A DNA stretch of 54,569 bases, filler included, from Sphacelaria rigidula (taxonomy: Eukaryota): assembly GCA_964200075.2 (NCBI GenBank). It is 5 parts of 5 records of this genome, joined end to end, with 100 filler letters (N's around TTAATTAATTAA, not from the genome) between each part and the next. Parts side by side here need not be neighbours in the genome. Positions count along the whole stretch, not along the records: positions 32,804 to 43,637 come from CAXNAA020005833.1; positions 43,738 to 54,569 come from CAXNAA020005834.1; 3 more parts are not named here. One strand, written 5' to 3'. The notes under the pieces are model-generated. The model saw only the letters and a program-made list of their open reading frames with translations. It searched no databases and had not been told where the DNA came from. A program made the translations under genes and the position numbers. Numbering within the stretch: the first letter of the stretch is position 1; the number at the start of each line of letters is the position of its first letter. This document shows positions 35,650 to 47,622 of the stretch, in pieces.

Positions 35650-36087
35650 CTACATGATGGTCCAGCACACATTATTACCAGAGCTATTGTCGCTGGCCTG
35701 ACCCCACCTGAGTTCAACAATAAAGTTCAAAATACACTTTATATGAAAAGAGACTGGAAAGAGAGCCCGAGAGTGGTTTATGAGGTAGCTCGTGACTTGG
35801 CGGAAAAATGGAAATCTGTTGAAGAGGTTGACGAACACCGCCGCCAGCGACCGCGACTTAAGCAAAAAAGCGACTCACAAGGCTCGCATGCCGGCGCAGC
35901 GGCTGCGGCCGCTGCAGCAGGTACTGGCGGCACAGGTAGTGGTGTTATGAGCCCGACAAAGCCCCACAAATCTGGTCCGAGCTATGCAGGTTGTTTCGAG
36001 TGTGGCAATAAGGGGCACTACAAGGAGGACTGTCCCAAACAGAGCACACCTGCGGCCGCGGTGAGTGCGTCCGGTGGGCGAGCAAAT

Positions 36088-36119
<32 letters not shown>

Positions 36120-36390
36120 GCAGCAGCAGCAGCAGGTCCATGGTCAGCGGGGGGGCAGTAAAGGTCCTGCTCCCACACGGGCTGTTTTCCCAGGGGATGG
36201 AACGCAAGGGGGTGCTAGTAGTGCGGATAGCATGGTGCCGCCCCAGCCTTCCGCTCCAGTCCCTGCAGCTCAAACCCAACTGGCGGCGGGACCGGCTCAG
36301 GAGTGGACGTCTCAGTCAATGCCGGTATGGTGGGGTCTGCACACCGCTGAGGTTGCAGATATACAGGCTGAAGGTGTAATAGTTGACCGC
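35650..36390 (+). pseudogene. gag: Gypsy gag C-terminal half with zinc knuckle
   Basis: CFECGNKGHYKEDC; polyP/polyQ microsatellite at ~36095-36135. Confidence 0.88.
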
Positions 36391-37336
36391 AAGCAGCGAT
36401 GCTGCCTCAGCGCTAGCATATTCCGGAAAACATTGGTCCGGAGCACCCCACTGCCCTCTTACTCTTCCCAGTGCAATTTGCTTGTCGCGGGCCGCCAACG
36501 CTTCCCGCACACCAGCAGCAGCAACTGAAGGATCAATCTCTTTATCCTCCCATTTCGCGTGTCGGCCTAGTGTCTCCTTGAGATCCTCTTCGTCAAGCAC
36601 GGATCCGTCAAAAATCGTGCGGGACAAACACGCACGAATGCGATTCGGAACCAGTTCAATTCAGTAACAGTCAGTAAAACGGCCTGCATACTACGTCCTT
36701 CGTTGTTCATTTTGACCGTCTCTTCATACTCGACGTATTTCTGATAAAAACGTCGGGACGCATTTTCGCTAAAATGCCGTCCGTACTCTGGGGCTTTCAG
36801 CAATCCTGCAGGCATAAGCTCAGTAAACTTGAACTTCACCTCTTCCCCCGCATCCCCATCACCCACTTTCTTGCGCGTTGCCATAGCTGCACGCAACAGT
36901 TCCAGCCAACCTAGCCGTCTCTCCTATGTCAGCGAGCTCCCTCACTTTACAGTGTGCACACGACCATGTACAAATTTTGATATAATTCCTCCGCATCTGC
37001 CCACAGCTGAGAAACCTCTTCTAGAAACTAGCGGGTTCCTCTTCATAAACGTTTATTATAGAGCTCTCCTGGACTCAGAACAAGTTGACAAAATTGCTCC
37101 AAGGGCTTCCTCCCTCACTAGGGCCTGAAGATTTTAAGACAGTTGTTATGCATAAACACACAGCCTTCGTTATCGGAAGAAACAACATGCGTGAAGCATG
37201 TGATGTTCAAATCCACATAGTCTACCGATCAGACCCGCAAATCCGTCAACCAACAGAAAACGCCTACAGCGGATTATTCCACTTGTAGATCATCATGAAC
37301 CTGCACGTACGTGTACTGGAGGTGGACTACTCTACA
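36391..37336 (-). mobile_element. Antisense insertion of LTR, leader and gag N-terminus
   Basis: Minus ORFs 36567-36896 and 36316-36627 (RRFYQKYVEYEE, helical gag-like) lie downstream of LTR 37057-37336; flanks are CCGC and CCGG. Confidence 0.75.
37057..37336 (-). repeat. Gypsy LTR (280 bp), TGTAGAG...CTCTATA
   Basis: Homologous to 41207-41485 (-), 42976-43254 (+) and, more distantly, 40691-40940 (+). Confidence 0.88.
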
Positions 37337-40300
37337 CCGGGCAAACTTGCCCGTTCCAGGTTCCACAGTCAAGAACGTCTGCCCTGTTACTGCAGTTTTG
37401 GACTCGGAGGCTGGCATCACTATCATGTCTGAAAAAATGGCGGCCCAGTAGTTGCAAGTAGTGTTCCCTGATGTGTCCGTTGTCACATGTTTGGCTCGTG
37501 CAGACCCGGTGAAACTAGCTGATGGTAGTGTACGGAGTATGCAGTCGAAGACGTGCCTAGTGCGCACCGCTCTGCACACCAGCTGGGGGTCGATTGTGTT
37601 GGATCCGTGTCACTATGCTGTTTTGCCAGGTGCCGATGGTGTGGTGATCATCGGGAGCGGTACGCTGGAGGCCATGGGCATTGACGTGTACAGTGGGCTG
37701 GACGCATGCGCGCGCTCAAGAAACGCGTTGGTGAGAGGTGTAGATACGCCTGAATTCCGAGAATGTAGGCGTGTGAGCATTGCGATTGAGGCGTTACAGA
37801 ATCCAGGTGGACAAGAGGAGCCTGTCGATCCTTCCGTTGAGCGATCGATGTCGCGTGGTCCCAAGATGAACATGAATCCACAGGGGGAGCTGGCAGAGCG
37901 TCTTGTTGCACTGGATCATGCAGTACAGGCGGCTGCGGACAAGGGTGTGTCGGCGAGCGCCGTTGATAAGCTTCGGGAGGTTGTTGAGGGACGTGTCAAC
38001 GCTTTTCGGCGAGCACTACGTGGTGATCCGCCTGCTCGTGTAGAGCCATTGAAGGTGAGATTCAAACCTGGGGCTAGAGCAGTCAAGGCGAGCCCGCGGG
38101 TGTATTCCCCTGTAAAGGCAACGTGGTTAGCAGGGTGTACGGCAACGCTGGTGGCGCTTGGGCTCGTTTTTCGCAGCTCACAGGCAGTGTGGGCTAATGC
38201 GGCCATGGCGACGCCGAAGAAGGGGGCGGTTATCGACTGGTGAGTGATTATCGCGCGGTAAACAAGCAGATTGAGAAGGCTCCGAATGTTATGCCTAACC
38301 ACGTGGCGGAGATGATCGACCTGCTGGGCGCTGCGTATTTTGGCAAGATTGATATGCTGCGGGGGTACTTGCAGATGCCGTTGGCGGCTGATGGACAAGA
38401 AATATTCACGACCGCGACTCCCGAAGGTCTGTTTACCCCCACACGGGTGCCGCATGGGGTGTTGAATGCGACGGGGTATTTTGAAGGCATCATGACAGTT
38501 ATATTGACCGGACGTCAGTGCAAAGTATGGGTGGGTAATATCTTGTGGTGGGGTAAAGATGAGGATGATCTGTTGTGTACACTGGACGAGATTTTGGGCC
38601 ATTTGGAGGATGCTGGTCTTTTTGCGGTTGCGCACCAGTGAATGTTCCACGACACACAGATTACGTGGTGCGGAAAGGTCTTTTCAGGTGGTCAAGTGGC
38701 TCATGACCGCGAGAGACTGAGCGAGCTGGCCAATCTTAGGCGCCCGCGCACAGCGGGCAAGCTCATGCACTTTCTGCAGGCGGTAAACTGGCTGAGAACG
38801 TCCCTGCCGCGTTTGGCGGAGGTGGTGGAGCCGCTGCGGGTATTACTGGAGGAGCAGATGCAGGGAAACGTGCGCCGTACCAAGCGAGTGGCGTCAAACC
38901 GGACAATCGAGGAGTCAGCATGGACCTCCAGGCGTGCTCAGGCGTGGCACGAGGTGCAAGATTTGGTGGCGCATGTTAATTTCGCGTGCATGTAGCAGGG
39001 CGGAATGTGTTGTGGATCGCGCCGCAAGCAAAAGAGCTGCAAACACGCTTGATGGTGTGTGCTCACATGAAGGAGGCGGGTCACCGGGGTGTTGTGGCGA
39101 CACTGCAGCGGCTGCAAAAGTATTGCTGTTGGTTGTAGATTAAAGCTCATGTGACGGGTTTTGTGAGGAAATGGTTGCATTGTGTGGACTCGAAAGCGGG
39201 TGAGACGGTCCCGCGGCCACCAGGGAAGACTGTGCATGCAGCCCGGTGAGGTAATACATTTTGATCACCTGTACGTTGGCGAAAGTAGCCCGCTGGGCGA
39301 GAGTGGCCTGGATGAAGGCGACGGGTACAAGTACATATTTTCAGTGATGGATGATCTGTGCAATTTCGCATGGTTGGAGCCCACCGCGTCTTGTACAGCT
39401 GCAGCAACTGTGCAGCATCTGCTGGCGTGGTGCAAGGCGTTGGATTCGCCGGAGGTCTTGGTTAGTGAACTGCGTTGCATTGTAAGAACCATGTGATGCA
39501 AGCATTAGAAAAGGCGCTAAAGCTGGACAGGAGGTTCGCGGTTCCAAACTCGCCGAGGTCAAATGGTACGTGTGAAAAGATGATGCGAGAGGTTGTCCTT
39601 ACTTTAAAGGTCATGCTGCAAGAAGAGAGGTGCGACGTTCGTGACTGGGTGGGACTGGTGCCTCCCGTACAGGGGGCATTAAACACGGCATTCTGCGAGC
39701 GAGCGCTACGCCAGTACGCCATACCATGTGAAGTTTGGACGGGCGCCGCTCAAAAGTTTTTCAACCCTGGTATCGTCGACCGGCGGCGAGTGGCGACTTG
39801 ATGTGCTGGATGAGGACATGCTGCGGGAAAAGGTGGCATCAGTCGTGGCGGCGCAGCAAGCGTTGCACAAGGAGGTGGCGCAGCGTGTTGAGAAAACTCG
39901 TGAACTACAACGACGTGTAGCTAGTAAGGGACAGTTGCCAAATGTCATGGTGGGTGACTATGTGTTGGCTGGGAGGGTTAGGCGCTCAAGAACAACGCCA
40001 AAACTCGTAAGTACGTGTCCAGGACCTTGGAGGATCGTGGCAGCGGAGCATGTCCACGAGATTCAGAACATCGTGAATGGCGAGGTGAAGGACGCGCATG
40101 TCGCACGTCTTCAGTTCTATGCGGACAAGGAGCTGGACGTCACTGCGGATCTGAAGAAGTGTTCCAGTATGCGTTTGCGCAAGGAGAGTTTGAGATAGAG
40201 GCGATCGTTGACTTGTCCGAGGCTCAAGACGGTGATGGGTCCGTTGTACACGTGGAATGGGTAGGTTTCGACAAGGACGAGAGCTCGTGGGAGCCTCTGG

Positions 40301-40410
40301 AAATCATTTTGGAAGGAGCCCTGTAGTTTGTACGTTCTGAATTGCGTAAGTTGCAACTAACAAAGTAGATACGGGTGCGTTTTCTGGCTAAGAATGGCCT
40401 CAAGCTCTGA
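37337..40410 (+). pseudogene. pol: Gypsy PR-RT-INT-chromodomain (RNase H deleted)
   Basis: AVLDSEAG; DYRAVNKQIE, KIDMLRGY, WCGK; CAHMKEAGHRG..LHC; HFDHLY; SNGTCE; chromodomain FEIEAIVD..VEWVGFDKDESSWEP. Confidence 0.92.
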
Positions 40411-40690
40411 TTGATTGGGTTTCAAGCTGTGATTGGTTGTTGGCGTAGTTCATGGATTCTACTATGCAATTTGGTGTTCGTTGAGTATACCGCTTGGTTA
40501 TCCTTTGCCTAACATGTTGGAGTAGCACGCACTGGTGTTTTAGGATTATACTGGGGGGGCATCGTGATTCGACCTGATCTGGTCTCCTGCTTAGTGCTTG
40601 TCTCTTGTTGACATCGTAGAGTACTGTCGGTGTCTACTGTTTTGTCAAATTCGCTTTCTACTTCGAGCAGTGCGAATTTTTGGAGGGTGC

Positions 40691-40940
40691 TGTAGAGTAG
40701 TCCACCTACAGTATACATGCAATATGAAGATATGCGATGGATCCTCGATTGATTGTTTGGAGGATGACTAGTGGATGCGTGACATCTCGTGTTCGTGAGG
40801 AAAGCCCGTGAAGCCTACTTCTGGTTAACGAAGACTGCTGTTTGTATACCTGCTTGAAGTCTTAAATAAAGTCTCTGGAGCCCGTGACAGGGAGGAAGTC
40901 TCTGGAGCAGCACTGTAACCTTGTTCTGACTCCAGGCAGG
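40691..40940 (+). repeat. 3' LTR (diverged subfamily)
   Basis: TGTAGAGTAGTCCACCT after GGAGGGTGC; GGAGCAG...CCTTGTTCTGA.TCCAGG near the end. Confidence 0.75.
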
Positions 40941-40946
40941 TTTACA

Positions 40947-42680
40947 CGTGCATGTTGCAGGGAGGGATGTACTGTGGATCCCACCGGAAGCGGAAGAACT
41001 ACAAATACGCTTGATGGTATGCGCTCACATGAAAGGGGCTGGTCACCGAGGGGTTGTGGCAACTTTACAGCGCTTACAAGAGTATTGTTGTTGGTTCCGG
41101 ATGGAGACTCATGTGACTGAGTTTGTGAAGTAATGCCTGCACTGTTCGGATTCCAAGGCGGGACATGGTCCCGCGTCCCTTCGGGGAGGCGGTGCATGGT
41201 ACCCGCTATAGAGGCCTCCTGCACTCAGAACAAGGTCACAAGACTGCTCCAAGGGCTTCCTCCCTCACTAGGGTCTGGAGACTTCAAGACAGATGTTATG
41301 CATAAACACACAGCCTTCGTTATCGGAAGTAACCACATGCGTGAAGCATGTGATGTTCAAATCCACATCGTCTGCCGATCAAACCCGCAAGTTCGTCAAC
41401 CAATAGGAACGCCTACAGCAGAATATTCCACTTGTGTATCATCATGAACCTGCACGTACGTGTACTGGAGGTGGACTACTCTACAGCACCCCCAAAACTC
41501 TGCACTACTCTACATCGCCCAGGGGAGGTGCTGCATTTTGATTTTCTCTACGTTGGCGAGAGTGGCCCCCTGGGAAATAGTGGCTTGGACGAAGGAGACG
41601 GGTTCACGTACATATTAATAATGATGGACGATTTGAGCAACTTCGTGTGGTTGGAGCCCGCGGAGTCTTGTACGGCGGCGACGACGGTGAAGCACCTGTT
41701 GACATGGTGCAAAACGCTGGGGTCGCCAGAGGTATGGGTCAGCGATACGGCATCGCATTTCAAGAATCGTGTGATGAGAGCGCTTGAGAAAGCGCTGAAG
41801 CTGGATCGCCGATTCGCGGTTGCTAAGTCGCCATGATCTTATGGTACCTGTGAGCGAATGATGCGTGAGCTTGTTCGTACCTTGAAGGCAAGGTTGCAAG
41901 AGGAAAGGCGTGATGTTCGTGAATGGGTGAGTTTAGTACCTGCAGTGCAGTGGAATTGAACACTGCTTTCCGGGAGCGTTATGCTAGCACGCCATACCAT
42001 TTTATGTTTGGCCGGGCACCGCGCACCAGCTTCTCTACTCTGGCATCGTCAACTGGGGGCAAATGGAGCGTCAATGTGCTTGACGAAGACGCGTTGAGGC
42101 GATAGGTGACGTTGATCGTTGAGACTCAGCAAGAGTTGTACAAAAAGATGGCGCAGCGTGTCGGCAAGAGTCGCGATTCACAGAGACGTGTGGCTAGTAA
42201 GGGGAAGCTTCCTGACTTTGTGGTGGACGATTACGTGCTGGCGGCGAGGGTGAGGCGTTTGGAAACTACGCCGAAGCTTGTGAGTACGTGGAGGGGACCT
42301 GGGCGGATCGTGACGGCGGAAGAACAATATGTGAATGGCGAGGTATGGGATGTGCATGTCGCCCGTCTTCGATTTCATGCGGACAAGGAGCTGAAGATTA
42401 CGGCTGACGTCAAGGAGGTGTTAGGTGTTCCAGTATGCTTTTGCACAAGGCGAGTTCGAGATGGCGTCTATTGTCGGTATATCTGAGGACGAAGCAGGAG
42501 ATGGGTTTTATGTACAAGTGGAGTAGATCGGATTTGACCAAGATGAAAAGTCGTGAGAGCCTCTGGACAATATTTTGGACGGAGCCCCGCAATTTGTAAA
42601 ATCTGAGCTGCGTAAGTTGGGACTAAGTGAAAAGGTGCGAGCACGTTTGCAGGCAAAAGTATGGTATGAAGATTTGAAAA
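40947..42680 (+). pseudogene. Second gypsy integrase-chromodomain fragment
   Basis: CAHMKGAGHRG, CLHC, LHFDFLY, VSDTASHF, TPKLVSTWRGP; decayed chromodomain at 42430-42640. Confidence 0.92.
41207..41514 (-). mobile_element. Antisense solo-LTR-like insertion in the integrase
   Basis: LTR 41207-41485 plus a 29-bp extension; flanks CCGC and TCGC; removal restores VHGTR-PGEVLHFD. Confidence 0.88.
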
Positions 42681-42975
42681 TTTGATGATATCGAATGCTA
42701 CTGGTTGAGATGGTACTATACTTGGCACGTTTGCTTTGTGTGAGAATGTTATGCGTGGAAATTACCGTTGAAGAATGGTCGACTTCCCTGAGTTCGCTTG
42801 AGACATTGTTGAGTCTCGATATTCAAATTTGTGCACGCTACCATTTCTTTGTGGAACATGACAGTACAAGGTCGCGTTACACTACCGGGGGGACAAAGGT
42901 AACATACGTGATAGTCGGTGTCTACTGTTCTGTCAAACTCGCGTTCTACTTCGAGTAGTGCGGAGTTTAGGGTGC

Positions 42976-43254
42976 TGTAGAGTAGTCCACCTCCAGTACA
43001 TGTACGTGCAGGCTCATGATGATATACAAGTGGAACAATCTGCTGTAGGCGTTCCTATTGGTTGACGCGCTTGCGGGTCTGATCGGCAGACGATGTGGAT
43101 TTGAACGTCACATGCTTCACGCATGTGTTTACTTCCGATAACAAAGACTGTGTGTTTGTGAATAGCAGCTGTCTTGAAGTCTCCAAGCCCTAGTGAGGGA
43201 GGAAGCCCTTGGAGCAGTCTTGTGACCTTGTTCTGAGTCCAGGTGCGCTCCATA
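42976..43254 (+). repeat. 3' LTR
   Basis: TGTAGAGTAGTCC...CTCCATA, preceded by GAGTTTAGGGTGC, downstream of the chromodomain. Confidence 0.88.
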
Positions 43255-43637
43255 CCCTGTATCGTTGTTTCAGACGCGGACCACTTACTGCACGTTCGGC
43301 GGGTGCACTGTCGTGCCCGTCCCCTTTGACAGACACATGCTTCTCGGCTTTTGCAGTGCCATGCACCCCATTCGACGATGCATGCTTGCGCAACGCGAAA
43401 AGCAGCTGCTATAGGCCTCTATCACTCAAGATCAGATCGCCATGCGGACTCCTCCCACCACGGGCACATGCACTTTAGCAGCTTTAGTTATTCATATTTT
43501 AACCCTCAGATAGTACAGGAGAATAGGACCATCGCCTCTCTCCACCAGAGTAGCAAAACCAAGCCTACTCGTCATGGAGGTCACCCATCACAGAGTCCGG
43601 CAATCAGACCCGTAACTCCACCTACAAAATGTCCCTA

Positions 43638-43737
43638 NNNNNNNNNNNNNNNNNNNNNNNNNNNNNNNNNNNNNNNNNNNNTTAATTAATTAANNNNNNN
43701 NNNNNNNNNNNNNNNNNNNNNNNNNNNNNNNNNNNNN
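43638..43737. other. Artificial contig linker
   Basis: 44 N + TTAATTAATTAA + 44 N. Confidence 0.98.
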
Positions 43738-45879
43738 GATGACTATGGCAGGCATGATCATGAGTACATCCCCCCACCCCCCTTCTCCACCAGGATCCTC
43801 TTCTACTACACCACAATAGCGCGACCTACATCGGACGACGATCAAGAACTACTGACACGACCGCTACCTACGACTACTGGAACCATAGTATTCCCTTTAT
43901 CTGGTGCTCGATCTCGTTGCATCTCCGATTTTCAGCTTTTTGATCTTGCAGTTTTTAGCACTTTTTGGATCCCCCCAGGTTGAAGCTCTCCTCCCTGTTG
44001 TACCTTTGGCTTCCCCCAGATCAGAGTTCTGCTCCTTGTTGTACCTCCCTGTTATCCCCCTTAACTTTTGCTTGAACGCCGAAGCAAGTTGTGCTTCTTC
44101 GTTGATCGCTAGCACGCCGAAGCAGTTTGTGCTTCCGCGTTTCGGAGCAGTTTTTTTCTTGCTCCTCGAAGCAGTCTATGCTTTCTTTCTTTTGAGGTGT
44201 GGGAGTGGGCCACAGGATTTTTGGTACGGGAATGTTGGGTACAGGAGCGTTCCTTTAGGTATGCTTTAGTCGCTCATGACTTCACGAGTGAAGAAAAACC
44301 TTAGCTTTCGCTACTTTGAGGATAAATCCTAGCAACTGTAATAAAGGTTCGTCTGGGTGGGTTAGTGTCATGAAGACGCATATTAGTCTGTTGATGCCGC
44401 TTCAAACCCGTTGTCGACTTTGGCCATGGCTTGCTTTTGTTCCGGTAGACAAGACTCCAGGTCTGTTCAGAGTTGGTCGGGTACGAATATGAGCTTGTAT
44501 ATTGGTAAACGATGGCGAGATAGATCAGCTGGAAACGATATAGCTCGCCCATCCTCCACACTATCAACTGCTCCTCTATTGCCCTCCAGCAAATAAGTCT
44601 AACTATCAGTGAGACGCATTGGATTGAATTGGACTGATTGAGTGGGTACTGGAGTTAGAATCAAGATAATCAAGAGAGAAGTGAAGAACCTATTCGCGTG
44701 AACCTCGTCTGATATTTGGATGCTGAGCAGGTCACACGGTATATACAAGTTGTAGCAGCCTGACGGTTGTACACTTGTCTGCCAAACTTGTGCCTTGGGT
44801 TTGCAAGCTGTGTCCTTGCATTATATACTGCCGCTTGCTCTTTATTACATGAGGAACAGCAAACGTAGGAATCGACATGTCGCCGGCAGCACCGGTAACA
44901 ACAGTCATTTCAATCATGTGGACGTACTTGATAAAATCAAACTGTTTTGTTCCTAAAGCAGTTCCGAAATTCGGTTAGGATTGGTTATGGTGGGTCGCCT
45001 CTCTGCAGACGCTCTGCAGACGGCAGTCAGCAGAGTAGAGCAACGAAAGCTCCAGATTGCAGCATTGACTCACCCCCTTGCTCCACACTCAGACAGTTAG
45101 GTCACCACCATAAGTATCGTTTTTCACTCCGCATGTCGAGAAGGTCTCCAGAAGTGTTTGATCTCTCTCACACACACGCCAACTGGCCTGTGGCACGCTG
45201 TTGTGGTCGGGCGCCTAGATGGTCACATAAATGTCGGGTAAAATCAATGATGAATAACATCCCCCAAGTTTAATTTGGATCTGTTTTCATTGCCGCAGCA
45301 CTGCCCTTGCTGGTATGTGTGTGACAGAGAACAGTAGTAGCGGTGACGGGAACATTGCCCTGTTCTTCAACGACATGTTTTTTAGCGCAGAGAAGCGCGT
45401 CCTGTCCGAAAAGAGAGGCAGAGAGGAATCGATTTTCGCATTGGTGAGCTCGACAGGCAAGAAGAGACGACGGAATCTCTCCGCAGCTCCATGTTCTTTG
45501 GGGAGCTGTGCGCAGCAACATAAAAACATACGTGCCGGCACATCGAAAATTGGGTACATGCTGATAACATCGATGATGCCAGTTTCTCGAGCGATTGGTA
45601 ATCGCCGAGCGAGGACAAACAAAGGACACGGGCGAGGATCTTCCTCTTTGTCGTTGCTTCTCTCTCTGGCAATGTCGTCATCGACACGCGTGTACACCGC
45701 ATTCGTTGGGTGCACCTAGCCACAACTGCTTCACTACTGCAGAGATTTGGGGGGAAATATATTTTCGCTTTGTGTGACTGTTTCGCATCATTCCTGCAGA
45801 AACAAAATGCCACTTGAACCTCATTTTTGAGATCGACCCCATTTTTTCAGGATCCACTGTTAGAAGCCTTTTCAGCCCT

Positions 45880-46535
45880 GAAGGCCTCAAAGGAACTGGC
45901 GGCGAGTGGAACGTCCAGGTCATGGATGCTGATACGTTGCGTGACAAGGTTCGAGGCGTGGTTGACGACCAATTGCGGTTTTGTAACGAAGTGCAAGCTG
46001 CTGTCGCGGTGTCTCGCGAAACCAAACGCAAGCTTTCTCAGGGCCAGGCTGTGTTGCCAAAATTTTCAGTTTGAGATTTTTTCGTGTTGTACGCCCGTGT
46101 TCGTAGGCAAGGTGTGACGCCAAAGTTGATGTCCACATGGGCAGATCCGTGGCGAGTGGTCGGAGCCGATGACGTTCACATGTATTCGGTGCAGAACATT
46201 GTTTCTGGCGCCGTGCACTTAGGCCATGTCGCTCGTTTGCGTTTCTACGCTGACTCACAGTTGCACATCACTGCGGAACTGAAAGATATATTTCAGCATT
46301 CGTATGCTCACGGTGAATGTCGGATGAAGGCTTTGGGGCGCGTCGCTGAGGATGACAATGGTGATGTCATTGTTTTGGTTGATTGGGACGGGTTCGGTGC
46401 TGAAGAACGTACGGTGGAGTCTCTTCGCAAGATTCATTCTTCTGCCCGTGCATTTCTTTTGAAGAAACTGCGTAAACTGCGGCTGACTCGGGCGCTGACA
46501 AGTTAATTAGCGTCGGATTATGGTATTTCTCTGTG
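45880..46535 (+). pseudogene. Integrase C-terminus plus chromodomain-like region of a related gypsy family
   Basis: TGGEWNVQV, RVRRQGVTPKLMSTWADPWRVV, HVARLRFYAD, LVDWDGF; homologous to 39780-40400. Confidence 0.88.
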
Positions 46536-46612
46536 ATCTAGAATGCGATTTCGCCTTGGTTTTTGTTGATTTTCAAGCTCGTTTGTTTGTCTTGAACTTG
46601 CTTTGGGAGTGC

Positions 46613-46868
46613 TGTAGCCAGATGATACCAAGCCGTACGTTTCAGTACAACCGCATGCATGTTTAGAGCAGTGGCAGGAGACGGGATCCTGGATTGATGG
46701 CCCTTATCTGTGTGGCCCCTTGCTGTCTGGCTCGTGATGTGGTCTGTTGATGATCACTCCGTAATAATCACAAGTTAGAAAGAAGGACTTGTGGAGCACG
46801 AGGCCAGTGCTACTGGAGGAGTTCCTCGTTGATAGTCCTCTTGTCCAGATCGTCTGGCAGAGGCTATA
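46613..46868 (+). repeat. 3' LTR, TGTAGCC...GGCTATA
   Basis: Follows GGGAGTGC (same context as the contig-4 LTRs); 7-bp terminal inverted repeat with one mismatch. Confidence 0.65.
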
Positions 46869-47583
46869 GGGAGGAAAAGCATATTTGCCCTTCCCGCTCA
46901 ATTTTGGTCGTGAGCATGGAAGACCCTTTATTCGCCCCCAGGTCCAGTTGCGTGCCTCAGCAACTGTCAAGTGTGTCGGAGTAAACAGAGCACGCCCACC
47001 CCTCGTCACGAAGAGATACATGTCTCCGCAGGACAAACAAGCACATGATCTTCCGATAATGTTCATGTTTGTGTGCTGTCGCCCCCTCTATTCTGGACGC
47101 CAGTCTGCAACTTTCAGTGTACGTGAGCGCATCAGCTGGGGTCACACAGGAGGAAGGTCGGCACAGGAGATTTTGTTTTTTTGTTCTCCACCTTCCTTTT
47201 GCCGTACTTGCCTTGTTTCTTACAGATCGTAAAAAAGTGGTCTGCAACCACAGATGCAGCATATAAAAATGCTAGACGTTCGTATCGGTATGAATGATCC
47301 CACAACATTTTCGAAAATATACCGGTTTCATCGATACATCAAGAAAATATTGGCTGCGTCTTCGGGCGCTAGGCGAGGGAGTAAGCCCGATTGTTCAAGG
47401 GCCATCCGTTACGACCGTCACGTATCGTACGTACCTCATACCCGACAACGGGAAACTGGCGATGTTAGTTGTCCCGTACCGGTTAGATTGGATATATCGC
47501 ATCTGTTCGATAAATCAACAGTATTGGTACCGATACACAACACCAGAGCAATCGAAACAGCCGGTCTTGTAGTGTTGGTAACA

Positions 47584-47622
47584 TATATATATATATATAT
47601 CGGATATATATATATACATATA
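47584..47622. repeat. (AT)n microsatellite
   Basis: Interrupted TA runs. Confidence 0.9.

Noticed and set aside
36066..36135. Poly-Arg and poly-Ala ORFs
   Set aside because: Alternative frames of the (CCG)n(CAG)n microsatellite in gag.
47274..47544. Possible hAT-like MITE (GTATCGGTA inverted ends)
   Set aside because: Only a 9-bp match and no TSD.
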